A stretch of DNA of 64,000 nucleotides from Mobula hypostoma (taxonomy: Eukaryota), in assembly GCF_963921235.1 (NCBI RefSeq), contig NC_086107.1:116066001-116130000 (forward strand), in the 5' to 3' direction. Shown in pieces: positions 43,301-55,524 of this stretch (positions within the stretch are counted from its first letter, which is position 1; each line of letters starts with the position of its first letter). The notes under the pieces are model-generated. The model made no database searches. It worked only from the letters and a program-made list of their open reading frames with translations, and was not told the origin of the DNA. Position numbers and translations under genes: made by a program.

Positions 43301-46300
43301 TTCCACGCCATCCCATCACACTCAGAGAGAATCTCCCTCCACACCGTCCCATTACACTCAGAGAGAATCTCCTTCCACGCCGTCCCATCACACTCAGAGC
43401 GAATCTCCCTCCACACCGTCCCATCACAGTCAGAATCTCCCTCCAAACTGTCCCATTACACTCAGAGAAAATCTCCCTCCACACCATCCCATCACTCAGA
43501 ATCTCCCTCCACACCGTCCAATCACACTCAGAGAGAATCTCCCTCCACACCGTCCCATCACACTGAGAGAGAATCTCCCTCCACGCCGTCACATCACACT
43601 CAGAGAGAATCTCCCTCCACGCCGTCCCATCACACTCAGAGAGAATCTCCCTCCACGCCGTCCCATCACACTCACGAGAGAATCTCCCTCCACGCCGTCC
43701 CATGACACTCAGAGAGAACCTACCTCCACGCCGTCCCATCACACTCAGAGAGAATCTCCCTCCACACCGTCCCATCACTCAGAGAGAATCTCCCTCCACG
43801 CCGTCCCATCAGTCAGAGAGAATCTCCCTCCACACCGTCCCGTCACACTCAGAGAGAATCTCCCTCCACACCGTCCCATGACACTCAGAGAGAATCTCCC
43901 TCCACACCGTCCCATGACACTCAGAGAGAATCTCCCTCCACGCCGTCCCATCACAGTCAGAGAGAATCTCCCTCCACACCGTCCCATCACACTCAGAGAG
44001 AATCTCCCTCCACGCCGTCCCATCACACTCAGAGAGAATCTCCCTCCACGCCGTCCCATCACACTCAGAGAGAATCTCCCTCCACGCCGTCCCATCACAC
44101 TCAGAGAGAATCTCCCTCCACACCGTCCTATCACACTCAGACAGAATCTCCCTCCACGCCGTCCCATGACACTCAGAGAGAATCTCCCTCCACACCGTCC
44201 CATTACACTCAGAGAGAATCTCCCTCCACGCCGTCCCATCACACTCAGAGAGAATCTCCCTCCACACCGTCCCATCACACTCACAGAGAATCTCCCTCCA
44301 CACCATCCCATCACACTCAGAGAGAATCACCCTCCATACCGTCCCATCAGTCAGAGAGAATCTCCCTCCACACCGTCCCATCACAGTCAGAGAGAATCTC
44401 CCTCCACACCGTCCCATCACACTCAGAGAGAATCTCCTTCCACGCCATCCCATCACACTCAGAGAGAATCTCCCTCCACACCGTCCCATTACACTCAGAG
44501 AGAATCTCCTTCCACGCCGTCCCATCACACTCAGAGCGAATCTCCCTCCACACCGTCCCATCACAGTCAGAATCTCCCTCCAAACTGTCCCATTACACTC
44601 AGAGAAAATCTCCCTCCACACCATCCCATCACTCAGAATCTCCCTCCACACCGTCCAATCACACTCAGAGAGAATCTCCCTCCACACCGTCCCATCACAC
44701 TGAGAGAGAATCTCCCTCCACGCCGTCACATCACACTCAGAGAGAATCTCCCTCCACGCCGTCCCATCACACTCACGAGAGAATCTCCCTCCACGCCGTC
44801 CCATGACACTCAGAGAGAACCTACCTCCACGCCGTCCCATCACACTCAGAGAGAATCTCCCTCCACACCGTCCCATCACTCAGAGAGAATCTCCCTCCAC
44901 GCCGTCCCATCACACTCACGAGAGAATCTCCCTCCACGCCGTCCCATCACACTCACGAGAGAATCTCCCTCCACGCCGTCCCATGACACTCAGAGAGAAC
45001 CTACCTCCACGCCGTCCCATCACACTCAGAGAGAATCTCCCTCCACACCGTCCCATCACTCAGAGAGAATCTCCCTCCACGCCGTCCCATCAGTCAGAGA
45101 GAATCTCCCTCCACACCGTCCCGTCACACTCAGAGAGAATCTCCCTCCACACCGTCCCATGACACTCAGAGAGAATCTCCCTCCACGCCGTCCCATCACA
45201 GTCAGAGAGAATCTCCCTCCACACCGTCCCATCACACTCAGAGAGAATCTCCCTCCACGCCGTCCCATCACACTCAGAGAGAATCTCCCTCCACGCCGTC
45301 CCATCACACTCAGAGAGAATCTCCCTCCACGCCGTCCCATCACACTCAGAGAGAATCTCCCTCCACGCCGTCCCATCACACTCAGAGAGAATCTCCCTCC
45401 ACGCCGTCCCATCACACTCAGAGAGAATCTCCCTCCACGCCGTCCCATCACACTCAGAGAGAATCTCCCTCCACGCCGTCCCATCACACTCAGACAGAAT
45501 CTCCCTCCACGCCGTCCCATGACACTCAGAGAGAATCTCCCTCCACGCCGTCCCATGACACTCAGAGAGAATCTCCCTCCACGCCGTCCCATCACACTCA
45601 GAGAGAATCTCCCTCCACACCGTCCCATCACACTCACAGAGAATCTCCCTCCACACCGTCCCATCACACTCAGAGAGAATCTCCCTCCACACCGTCCCAT
45701 CAGTCAGAGAGAATCTCCCTCCACACCGTCCCATCACACTCAGAGAGAATCTCCCTCCACACCGTCCCATCACACTCAGAGAGAATCTCCTTCCACGCCG
45801 TCCCATCACACTCAGAAAGAATCTCCTTCCACACCGTCCCATCACACTCAGAGAGAATCTCCCTCCACACCGTCACATCACACTCAGAGAGAATCTCCCT
45901 CCACACCGTCCCATCACACTCAGAGAGAATCTCCGTCCACACCGTCCCATCACACTCAGAGAGAATCTCCCTCCACCCCGTCCCATCACACTCAGAGAGA
46001 ATCTCCCTCCACACCGTCCCATCACACTCAGAGAGAATCTCCCACCACACCGTCCCATCACACTCAGAGAGAATCTCCCTCCACACCATCCCATCACTCA
46101 GAATCTCCCTCCACGCCATCACATCACACTCAGAGAGAATCTCCCTCCACGCCGTCCCATCACACTCAGAGAGAATCTCCCTCCGCGCCGTCCCATCACA
46201 CTCACGAGAGAATCTCCCTCCACGCCGTCCCATGACACTCAGAGAGAATCTACCTCCACGCCGTCCCATCACACTCAGAGAGAATCTCCCTCCACACCGT

Positions 46301-49300
46301 CCCATCACTCAGAGAGAATCTCCCTCCACGCCGTCCCATCAGAGAGAATCTCCCTCCACACCGTCCCGTCACACTCAGAGAGTGTCTCCCTCCACACCGT
46401 CCCATCACACTCAGAGAGAATCTCCCTCCACGCTGTCCCATCACACTCAGAGAGAATCTCCCTCCACACCGTCCCATCACACTCAGAGAGAATCTCCCTC
46501 CACGCCGTCCCATCACACTCAGAGAGAATCTCCCTCCACGCCATCCCATCACACTCAGAGAGAATCACCCTCCACGCCGTCCCATCACACTCAGAGAGAA
46601 TCTCCCTCCACACCGTCCCATCACAGTCAGAGAGAATCTCCCTCCACACTGACCCATCACACTCAGAGAGAATCTCCCTCCACACCGTCCCATCACTCAG
46701 AATCTCCCTCCACACCGTACCATTACACTCAGAGAGAATCTCCCTCCTCGCCGTCCCATCACTCAGAATCTCCCACCACACCGTCCCATTACACTCAGAG
46801 AGAATGTCCCTCCTCGCCGTCGCATCACTCAGAATCTGCCTCCACACCGTCCCATTACACTCAGAGAAAATCTCCCTCCACACCGTCCCATCACAGTCAG
46901 AGAGAATCTCCCTCCACACCGTCACATCACACTCAGAGAGAATCTCCCTCCACACCGTCCCATCACACTCAGAGAATCTCCCTCCACACCGTCCCATTAC
47001 ACTCAGAGAAAATCTCCCTCCACACCGTCCCATCACACTCAGAGAGAATCTCCCTCCACACCGTCCCATCACTCAGAATCTCCCTCCACACCGTCCCATC
47101 ACTCAGAATCTCCCTCCACGCCGTCCCATCACACTCACGAGAGAATCTCCCTCCACACCGTCCCATGACACTCAGAGAGAATCTCCCTCCACGCAGTCCC
47201 ATCACACTCAGAGAGAATCTCCCTCCACGCCGTCCCATCACACTCAGAATTTCCCTCCACGCCGTCCCATCACACTCACAGAGAATCTCCCTCCACAACG
47301 TCCCATCACACTCAGAGAGAATCTCCCTCCACGCCGTCCCATCACACTCAGAGAGAATCTCCCTCCACGCCGTCCCATCACACTCAGAGAGAATCTCCCT
47401 CCACACCGTCCCATCACGTAGAGAGAATCTCCCTCCATGCCGTCCCATCAGTCAGAGAGAATCTCTCTCTACACCGTCCCATCACACTCAGAGAGAATAT
47501 CCCTCCACACCGTCCCATCACACTCAGACAGAATCTCCCTCCACGCCGTCCCATGACACTCAGAGAGAATCTCCCTCCACACCGTCCCATTACACTCAGA
47601 GAGAATCTCCCTCCACGCCGTCCCATCACACTCAGAGAGAATCTCCCTCCACACCGTCCCATCACACTCACAGAGAATCTCCCTCCACACCGTCCCATCA
47701 CACTCAGAGAGAATCACCCTCCATACCGTCCCATCAGTCAGAGAGAATCTCCCTCCACACCGTCCCATCACACTCAGAGAGAATCTCCCTCCACACCGTC
47801 CCATCACACTCAGAGAGAATCTCCTTCCACGCCATCCCATCACACTCAGAGAGAATCTCCCTCCACACCGTCCCATTACACTCAGAGAGAATCTCCTTCC
47901 ACGCCGTCCCATCACACTCAGAGCGAATCTCCCTCCACACCGTCCCATCACAGTCAGAATCTCCCTCCAAACTGTCCCATTACACTCAGAGAAAATCTCC
48001 CTCCACACCATCCCATCACTCAGAATCTCCCTCCACACCGTCCAATCACACTCAGAGAGAATCTCCCTCCACACCGTCCCATCACACTGAGAGAGAATCT
48101 CCCTCCACGCCGTCACATCACACTCAGAGAGAATCTCCCTCCACGCCGTCCCATCACACTCAGAGAGAATCTCCCTCCACGCCGTCCCATCACACTCACG
48201 AGAGAATCTCCCTCCACGCCGTCCCATGACACTCAGAGAGAACCTACCTCCACGCCGTCCCATCACACTCAGAGAGAATCTCCCTCCACACCGTCCCATC
48301 ACTCAGAGAGAATCTCCCTCCACGCCGTCCCATCAGTCAGAGAGAATCTCCCTCCACACCGTCCCGTCACACTCAGAGAGAATCTCCCTCCACACCGTCC
48401 CATGACACTCAGAGAGAATCTCCCTCCACACCGTCCCATGACACTCAGAGAGAATCTCCCTCCACGCCGTCCCATCACAGTCAGAGAGAATCTCCCTCCA
48501 CGCCGTCCCATCACACTCAGAGAGAATCTCCCTCCACGCCGTCCCATCACACTCAGAGAGAATCTCCCTCCACGCCGTCCCATCACACTCAGAGAGAATC
48601 TCCCTCCACGCCGTCCCATCACACTCAGAGAGAATCTCCCTCCACGCCGTCCCATCACACTCAGAGAGAATCTCCCTCCACGCCGTCCCATCACACTCAG
48701 AGAGAATCTCCCTCCACACCGTCCCATCACACTCAGAGAGAATCTCCTTCCACGCCATCCCATCACACTCAGAAAGAATCTCCCTCCACACCGTCCCATC
48801 ACACTCAGAGAGAATCTCCCTCCACACCGTCACATCACACTCAGAGAGAATCTCCCTCCACACCGTCCCATCACACTCAGAGAGAATCTCCCTCCACACC
48901 GTCCCATCACACTCAGAGAGAATCTCCCTCCACACCGTCCCATCACACTCAGAGAGAATCTCCCTCCACACCGTCCCATCACACTCAGAGAGAATCTCCC
49001 TCCACACTGTCCCATTACACTCAGAGAGAATCTCCTTCCACGCCGTCCCATCACACTCAGAGCGAATCTCCCTCCACACCGTCCCATCACAGTCAGAATC
49101 TCCCTCCAAACTGTCCCATTACACTCAGAGAGAATCTCCCTCCACACCATCCCATCACTCAGAATCTCCCTCCACACCGTCCAATCACACTCAGAGAGAA
49201 TCTCCCTCCACACCGTCCCATCACACTCGGAGAGAATCTCCCTCCACGCCGTCACATCACACTCAGAGAGAATCTCCCTCCACGCCGTCCCATCACACTC

Positions 49301-51785
49301 AGAGAGAATCTCCCTCCACGCCGTCCCATCACACTCACGAGAGAATCTCCCTCCACGCCGTCCCATGACACTCAGAGAGAACCTACCTCCACGCCGTCCC
49401 ATCACACTCAGAGAGAATCTCCCTGCACACCGTCCCATCACTCAGAGAGAATCTCCCTCCATGCCGTCCCATCAGTCAGAGAGAATCTCCCTCCACACCG
49501 TCCCGTCACACTCAGAGAGAATCTCCCTCCACACCGTCCCATCACACTCAGAGAGAATCTCCCTCCACGCCGTCCCATCACACTCAGAGAGAATCTCCCT
49601 CCACGCCGTCCCATCACACTCAGAGAGAATCTCCATCCACACCGTCCCATCACAGTCCGAATCTCCCTCCACGCCGTCCCATTACACTCAGAGAGAATCT
49701 CCCTCCACACCGTCCCATCACAGTCCGAATCTCCCTCCACGCCGTCCCATTACACTCAGAGAGAATCTCCCTCCACACCATCCCATCACTCAGAATGTCC
49801 CTCCACACCGTCCAATCACACTCAGAGAGAATCTCCCTCCACCCCGTCCCATCACTTAGAATCTCCCTCCACACCGTCCCATCACAGTCCGAATCTCCCT
49901 CCAAACCGTCCCATTACACTCAGAGAGAATCTCCCTCCACACCATCCCATCACTCAGAATCTCCCTCCACACCGTCCCATCACACTCAGAGGGAGAATCT
50001 CCCTCCACACCGTCCCATCACAGTCCGAATCTCCCTCCACACCGTCCCATCACACTCAGAGAGCATCTCCCTCCACCCCATCCCATCACACTCAGAGAGA
50101 ATCTCCCTCCACCCCGTCCCATCACACTCAGAGAGAATCTCCCTCCACACCGTCCCATCACACTCAGAAAGAATCTCCCTCCACACCGTCCCATCACTCA
50201 GAATCTCCCTCCACACCATCCCATCACACTCAGAGAGAATCTCCCTCCACACCTTCCCATCACAGTCAGAGAGAATCTCCCTCCACACCGTCCCATCACA
50301 GTCAGAGAGAATCTCCCTCCACACTGACCCATCACACTCAGAGAGAATCTCCCTCCACACTGTCCCATCACTCAGAATCTCCCTCCACACCGTCCCATTA
50401 CACTCAGAGAGAATCTCCCTCCTCGCCGTCCCATCACTCAGAATCTCCCTCCACACCGTCCCATCGCACTCAGAGAGAATCACCCTCCACACCGTCCCAT
50501 TACACTCAGAGAGAATGTCCCTCCTCGCTGTCCCATCACTCAGAATCTGCCTCCACACCGTCCCATTACACTCAGAGAAAATCTCCCTCCACACCGTCCC
50601 ATCACAGTCAGTGAGAGAATCTCCCTACACACCGTCCCATCACACTCAGAGAGAATCTCCCTCCACGCCGTCCCATCACAGTCAGTGGGAGAATCTCCCT
50701 CCACACCGTCCATCACACTCAGAGAGAATCTCCCTCCACACCGTCCCATCACAGTCAGTGGGAGAATCTCCCTCCACACCGTCCCATCACAGTCAGTGGG
50801 AGAATCTCCCTCCACGCCGTCCCATCACACTCAGAGAGAATCTCCCTCCACACCGTCCCATTACACTCAGAGAGAATCTCCTTCCACGCCGTCCCATCAC
50901 ACTCAGAGCGAATCTCCCTCCACACCGTCCCATTACACTCAGAGAGAATCTCCCTCCACACCGTCCCATCACAGTCAGAATCTCCCTCCAAACTGTCCCA
51001 TTACACTCAGAGAGAATCTCCCTCCACACCATCCCATCACTCAGAATCTCCCTCCACACCGTCCAATCACACTCAGAGAGAATCTCCCTCCACACCGTCC
51101 CATCACACTCAGAGAGAATCTCCCTCCACGCCGTCACATCACACTCAGAGAGAATCTCCCTCCACGCCGTCCCATCACACTCAGAGAGAATCTCCCTCCA
51201 CGCCGTCCCATCACACTCACGAGAGAATCTCCCTCCACGCCGTCCCATGACACTCAGAGAGAACCTACCTCCACGCCGTCCCATCACACTCAGAGAGAAT
51301 CTCCCTCCACACCGTCCCATCACACTCAGAGAGAATCTCCCTCCACACCGTCCCATCACAGTCACAGAGAATCTCCCTCCACGCCGTCCCATCACAGTCA
51401 GAGAGAATCTCCCTCCACACCGTCCCATCACTCAGAATCTCCCTCCACACCGTCCCATTACACTCAGAGAGAATCTCCCTCCACGCCGTCCCATCACACT
51501 CAGAGAGAATCTCCTTCCACACCGTCCCATCACAGTCAGAGAGAGAATCTCCCTCCACGCCGTCCCATCACACTCAGAGAGAATCTCCCTCCACACCGTC
51601 CCATCACACTCAGAGAGAATCTCCCTCCACCCCGTCCCATCACACTCAGAGAGAATCTCCCTCCACCCCGTCCCATCACACTCAGAGAGAATCTCCTTCC
51701 ACACCATCCCATCACACTCAGGGAGAATCTCCCTCCACCCTGTCCCATCACACTCAGAGAGAAATTCCCTCCACACCGTCCCATC
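13310..51785. repeat. 36-bp satellite (GAGAATCTCCCTCCACRCCGTCCCATCACACTCAGA)n, ~38.5 kb, roughly 1,100 units, intron 2
   Basis: Uninterrupted tandem array with 30/32/34-bp deletion variants and kb-scale duplicated blocks. Confidence 0.98.
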
Positions 51786-52235
51786 ACACACTCCCGGGAT
51801 CAGACACAGAGTGAAACTCCCTCCACACCGTCCCATCACAGACTCCCGGGGTCAAACACAGAGTGAATCTCCCTCCACACCGTCCCATCACACACTCCCG
51901 GGATCAGACACAGAGTGAAACTCCCTCCACACCATCCCATCACAGACTCCCGGGGTCAAACACAGAGTGAATCTCCCTCCACACCGTCCCATCACACACT
52001 CCCGGGGTCAGACACAGAGTGAAACTCCCTCCACACCGTCCCATCACACACTCCCGGGGTCAGACACAGAGTGAAGCTCCCTCCACACCGTCCAATCACA
52101 CACTCCCGGGGTCAGACACAGAGTGAATCTCCCTCCACACCGTCCCATCACACACTCCCGGGGTCAGACACAGAGTGAAACTCCCTCCGCACCGTCCCAT
52201 CACACACTCCCAGGGTCAGACACAGAGTGAATTTC
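51768..52235. repeat. 52-bp tandem repeat (CTCCCTCCACACCGTCCCATCACACACTCCCGGGGTCAGACACAGAGTGAAW), ~9 copies
   Basis: Direct periodicity; shares its core with the adjoining 36-bp satellite. Confidence 0.95.
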
Positions 52236-52269
52236 CCGCCACCCGGTGCAGACAGTATGAGATTTTTAT

Positions 52270-53870
52270 GCTCACAATTCATGAGCCATACACAATGCAA
52301 TTCTAGGTCATCAATATGACTCCGTTCCCTGGCAGCACAGTGCAGGCAGCCACCGCTCTCTGTGTAAAAACCTTGTGCTGCAAAGCTTCAAACTACCCCC
52401 TCTCACCTGAACTGCATGCCCTCTAGTATCAGACACAGTCACCCTGGGGAGATAGATACCGGCTACCCCGGCTGTCTGCTCTCTCTGTGTCTCTCGTGAT
52501 CTTGTAAACCTCGATCAGATCTCCCCTCAGCCTCTGTCGCTCCAGAGAAACAACCCAAATTGTCCAACCTCTCCTTCCAGCTCAAGCCCTCAAACCCAGA
52601 CAGCATCCTGGTGAACATCTTCTGCACCCTCTCCAAATCCCCCACACCCTCTCCAAAGCCCCCACACCGTCTCCAAAGCCCTCGCACCCTCTCCAAAGAC
52701 CCACACCCTCTCCAAATCACCCATACCCTCTCCAAATCACCCATACCCTCTCCAAATCCCTCACACCCTCTCCAAATCACCCATACCCTCTCCAAATCCC
52801 CCATACCCTCTCCAAATCCCCCACACCCTCTCCAAATCCCCCTACCCTCTCCAAATCTCTCACACCCTCTCCAAATCCCCCACACCCTCTCTAAATCCCC
52901 CTACCCTCTCCAAATCCCTCACACCCTCTCCAAATCCCCCACACCCTCTCCAAATCCCCCACACCCTCTCCAAATCCCTCACACCCTCTCCAAATCCCTC
53001 ACACCCTCTCCAAATCCCCCATACCCTCTCCAAATCCCCCACACCCTCTCCAAATCCCTCACACCCTCTCCAAATCCCCCTACCCTCTCCAAATCCCTCA
53101 CACCCTCTCCAAATCCCCCACACCCTCTCCAAATCCCCCACACCCTCTCCAAATCCCTCACACCCTCTCCAAATCACCCATACCCTCTCCAAATCCCCCT
53201 ACCCTCTCCAAATCCCCCTACCCTCTCCAAATCTCTCACACCCTCTCCAAATCCCCCACACCCTCTCCAAATCCCCCACACCCTCTCCAAATCCCTCACA
53301 CCCTCTCCAAATCCCCCACACCCTCTCCAAATCCCTTACACCCTCTCCAAATCCCTCACACCCTCTCCAAATCCCCCTACCCTCTCCAAATCCCCCACAC
53401 CCTCTCCAAATCCCTCACACCCTCTCCAAATCCCCCACACCCTCTCCAAATCCCTCACACCCTCTCCAAATCACCCATACCCTCTCCAAATCCCCCTACC
53501 CTCTCCAAATCCCTCACACCCTCTCCAAATCCCTCACACCCTCTCCAAATCCCCTACCCTCTCCAAATCCCTCACACCCTCTCCAAATCCCTCACACCCT
53601 CTCCAAATCACCCACACCCTCTCCAAATCCCTCACACCCTCTCCAAATCACCCATACCCTCTCCAAATCCCCCGCACCCTCTCCAAATCCCCCTACCCTC
53701 TCCAAATCTCTCACACCCTCTCCAAATCCCCCACACCCTCTCCAAATCCCCCACACCCTCTCCAAATCCCCCACACCCTCTCCAAATCCCTCACACCCTC
53801 TCCAATGCTCCGACACTCTCTCCGAAACCGGGTGACCAGACTAAATGTCATACTCCAGATGTGGCCTGAG
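52270..53870 (-). mobile_element. CR1-clade LINE 3' fragment interrupted by a minisatellite
   Basis: LRPHLEY..WSP (53870-53830), then LERVQKMFTRMLSGFEGLSWKERLDNLG (52640-52555), then TRGHA and FYTESG..LPG-like remnants, collinear with the CR1 ORF2 C-terminus. Confidence 0.85.
52625..53805. repeat. 19-20-bp minisatellite (CACCCTCTCCAAATCCCYCA)n, ~60 copies
   Basis: Direct periodicity. Confidence 0.97.
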
Positions 53871-53871
53871 C

Positions 53872-54145
53872 TGAGCAGGTTGAACAGCAGATTCTACCTT
53901 GACATAGTCAGACCACTGAACGGACCACGAGTATGAAAAGATAGACTCCAGCTCGTAATGATCTTGCAGCTCACTGTCTGCCTGCACTGTGCATTCTCTG
54001 TACCTGTGACACTTTCCTCTGCATTCTGTTATTGTTTTGCCTTCTCCTGCCTCAGTGCACTGTAACGATCTGATCTGTGTGAACAGTGTGTCAGACAAGT
54101 TTTTCACTGTACACGTGACAATAATAAACCAATTTATCAATTAAT
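53872..54145 (+). mobile_element. 3' end of a non-LTR retroposon (Rex1/Babar- or L2-like)
   Basis: + frame SRLNSRFYLDIVRPLNG resembles the TTRLKNSFxPxxIRLLN C-terminus of such LINEs, followed by a T-rich 3'UTR ending in AATAAA plus a short CAATT tail. Confidence 0.55.
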
Positions 54146-54169
54146 TTAAGGTAACATGTTGAGACTTAC

Positions 54170-54200
54170 CTCTTCAACGGAACAGGGGAGCACGATTCGG
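54170..54200 (-). CDS. PITPNB: PITP beta coding exon 2 (Y-RIVLPCSVEE, 31 nt)
   Basis: ctctccacag|CCGAATCGTGCTCCCCTGTTCCGTTGAAGAG|gtaagt; phase fits exon 1. Confidence 0.93.
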
Positions 54201-54885
54201 CTGTGGAGAGCAGAGACCCATCACAATGAGTACACAGCAACACCCCCCACCCACAGCACTCTCCTTCCTCACTGACTGCAAATGCTTTCGCACAGGACAG
54301 AGCAACAAGATGAGGTTGATGAGGGAGGGAGGCTTGAGGAGTTGTGTTGAGAGGGGAGGGCGGATATGGGAGGGACGAGATGGAGGCAGGCAGGCAGGGG
54401 TGAGTGTTGGTGAGAGGTTGGTTGGAGGGAGGAGCTGAAGATGGAGGCAGGGGGTGACGGTGGAGGGTGGTGATGAGGAAGGGAGAAGTTGCAAGTTGAG
54501 GAATATCTGAGGTTGAGGGATGGAGAAGGAAGGAATTCATTGGAAATAAGAGGGATAGAGGGAATCATGAGAGAGAGTTATGAGGGAGCTTGAGGGTGGT
54601 GGGATAAAAGGAGTGAGGAGGGAGTTTGAAGAGGATAGAGGATGTGGAGGGAGTTTGAGGGTAGAGGGTGAGGAGGGAGTTTGAGGGTGGATGGATGGAG
54701 AGAGGGGTTTGATTGAGGGGGGAAGGGAGGACGAGGAGGGGTCATAAGGGGGCACCCGGTAGTCAATGGAGGGCTCTCTTGCCCTGCCCTCCGGGTCCGG
54801 TCCTCCCACCTGCCAGGTCTGGTCCTCCCGATCGCGGAGCCCCGACCTCCCACTGTTCCATCTTGCCCCCCCGGCCCCCACTCAC

Positions 54886-54905
54886 TACTCTTTGATCAGC
54901 ACCAT
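54886..54905 (-). CDS. PITPNB: PITP beta coding exon 1 (MVLIKE-Y, 20 nt)
   Basis: Minus strand gagaagATGGTGCTGATCAAAGAGTA|gtgagt; good Kozak context (A at -3, G at +4). Confidence 0.93.
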
Positions 54906-55190
54906 CTTCTCCCTCTCCTCCCGGAAACAGGAAGTCGACCGGTGCGCTGAGCCGTCACTTCCGCCCTTTGACGTCATCTTCGCCTCACTACGGTGGCGCT
55001 AATGCGCAGCCGTCAGGCGTCATCAGTAGGTGTCGCAGCTCGATGAAGGACGCGCCCTCAGTTCCGTCGCATGGGAATACGGTCTATAGAGTGAACGGGG
55101 CGTGTTGCTCCGGGAACCCCGATCCCGAATGTGTCCCCGAAAAGGCCGCGCGTTCCGCATAAGTCACCAATAAATCCCCAAAACACGTCG
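54906..55190 (-). promoter_or_regulatory. CpG-rich promoter / 5'UTR of the PITP gene
   Basis: Local CpG enrichment just upstream of the ATG; full CRE TGACGTCA at 54969-54976; CGTCA half sites at 54953, 55011, 55018; ETS-type CACTTCCG at 54956-54963, plus CCGGAA and CAGGAAGT near 54921-54935. TSS cannot be determined. Confidence 0.7.
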
Positions 55191-55524
55191 GATAACACTG
55201 GACAACAAAGATTTTGCCTCCTGAATACTTATGGGTGTATTTTATGAATTTTGGGCCGCTGCTCATGAAAATCAGCATGACATTTACCAGCACGCACAAT
55301 GTTTGTTAAACCGCCGATATTTGTCAATTCAAGCCAATTAAAATGTTGCCCACAATGTAAGGTGAAGTTTTCCATCTTGTCCAGGCGTGCCTGGGCAGGG
55401 TTTAGAAAGGCTGGAAGATGGATTGTGTTTCTGTGAGTATCGGTTTGTGATCACACGCACAGCATATTGTGTGGACTCATTCTAATAAAGTAATTGTATT
55501 TTCAGGAGTATTTGTGATACCAAA

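Larger units (their letters stand above)
4611..54905 (-). other. PITPNB: PITPNB-like gene span (coding exons 1-7; 3' exons outside window to the left)
   Basis: Seven GT-AG exons splice in frame (456 nt, 152 aa) to a class I PITP N-terminus. Beta-type residues as recalled from human PITPNB vs [45 protein letters not shown]. Could be a beta-like paralog. Confidence 0.9.

Noticed and set aside
13310..51785. Recursive splice sites in the satellite (sense TTCTCTCTGAG)
   Set aside because: The AG is GAG followed by TG, not the YAG|GT motif.
13310..51918. Very long ORFs (up to 1339 aa) of [12 protein letters not shown] / [12 protein letters not shown] / [12 protein letters not shown] repeats
   Set aside because: A 36-bp unit lacking stops in most frames; open on both strands, frequent frame switches, intronic position.
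52560..53936. 458-aa ORF
   Set aside because: Read-through of the 20-bp minisatellite plus retroelement fragments.
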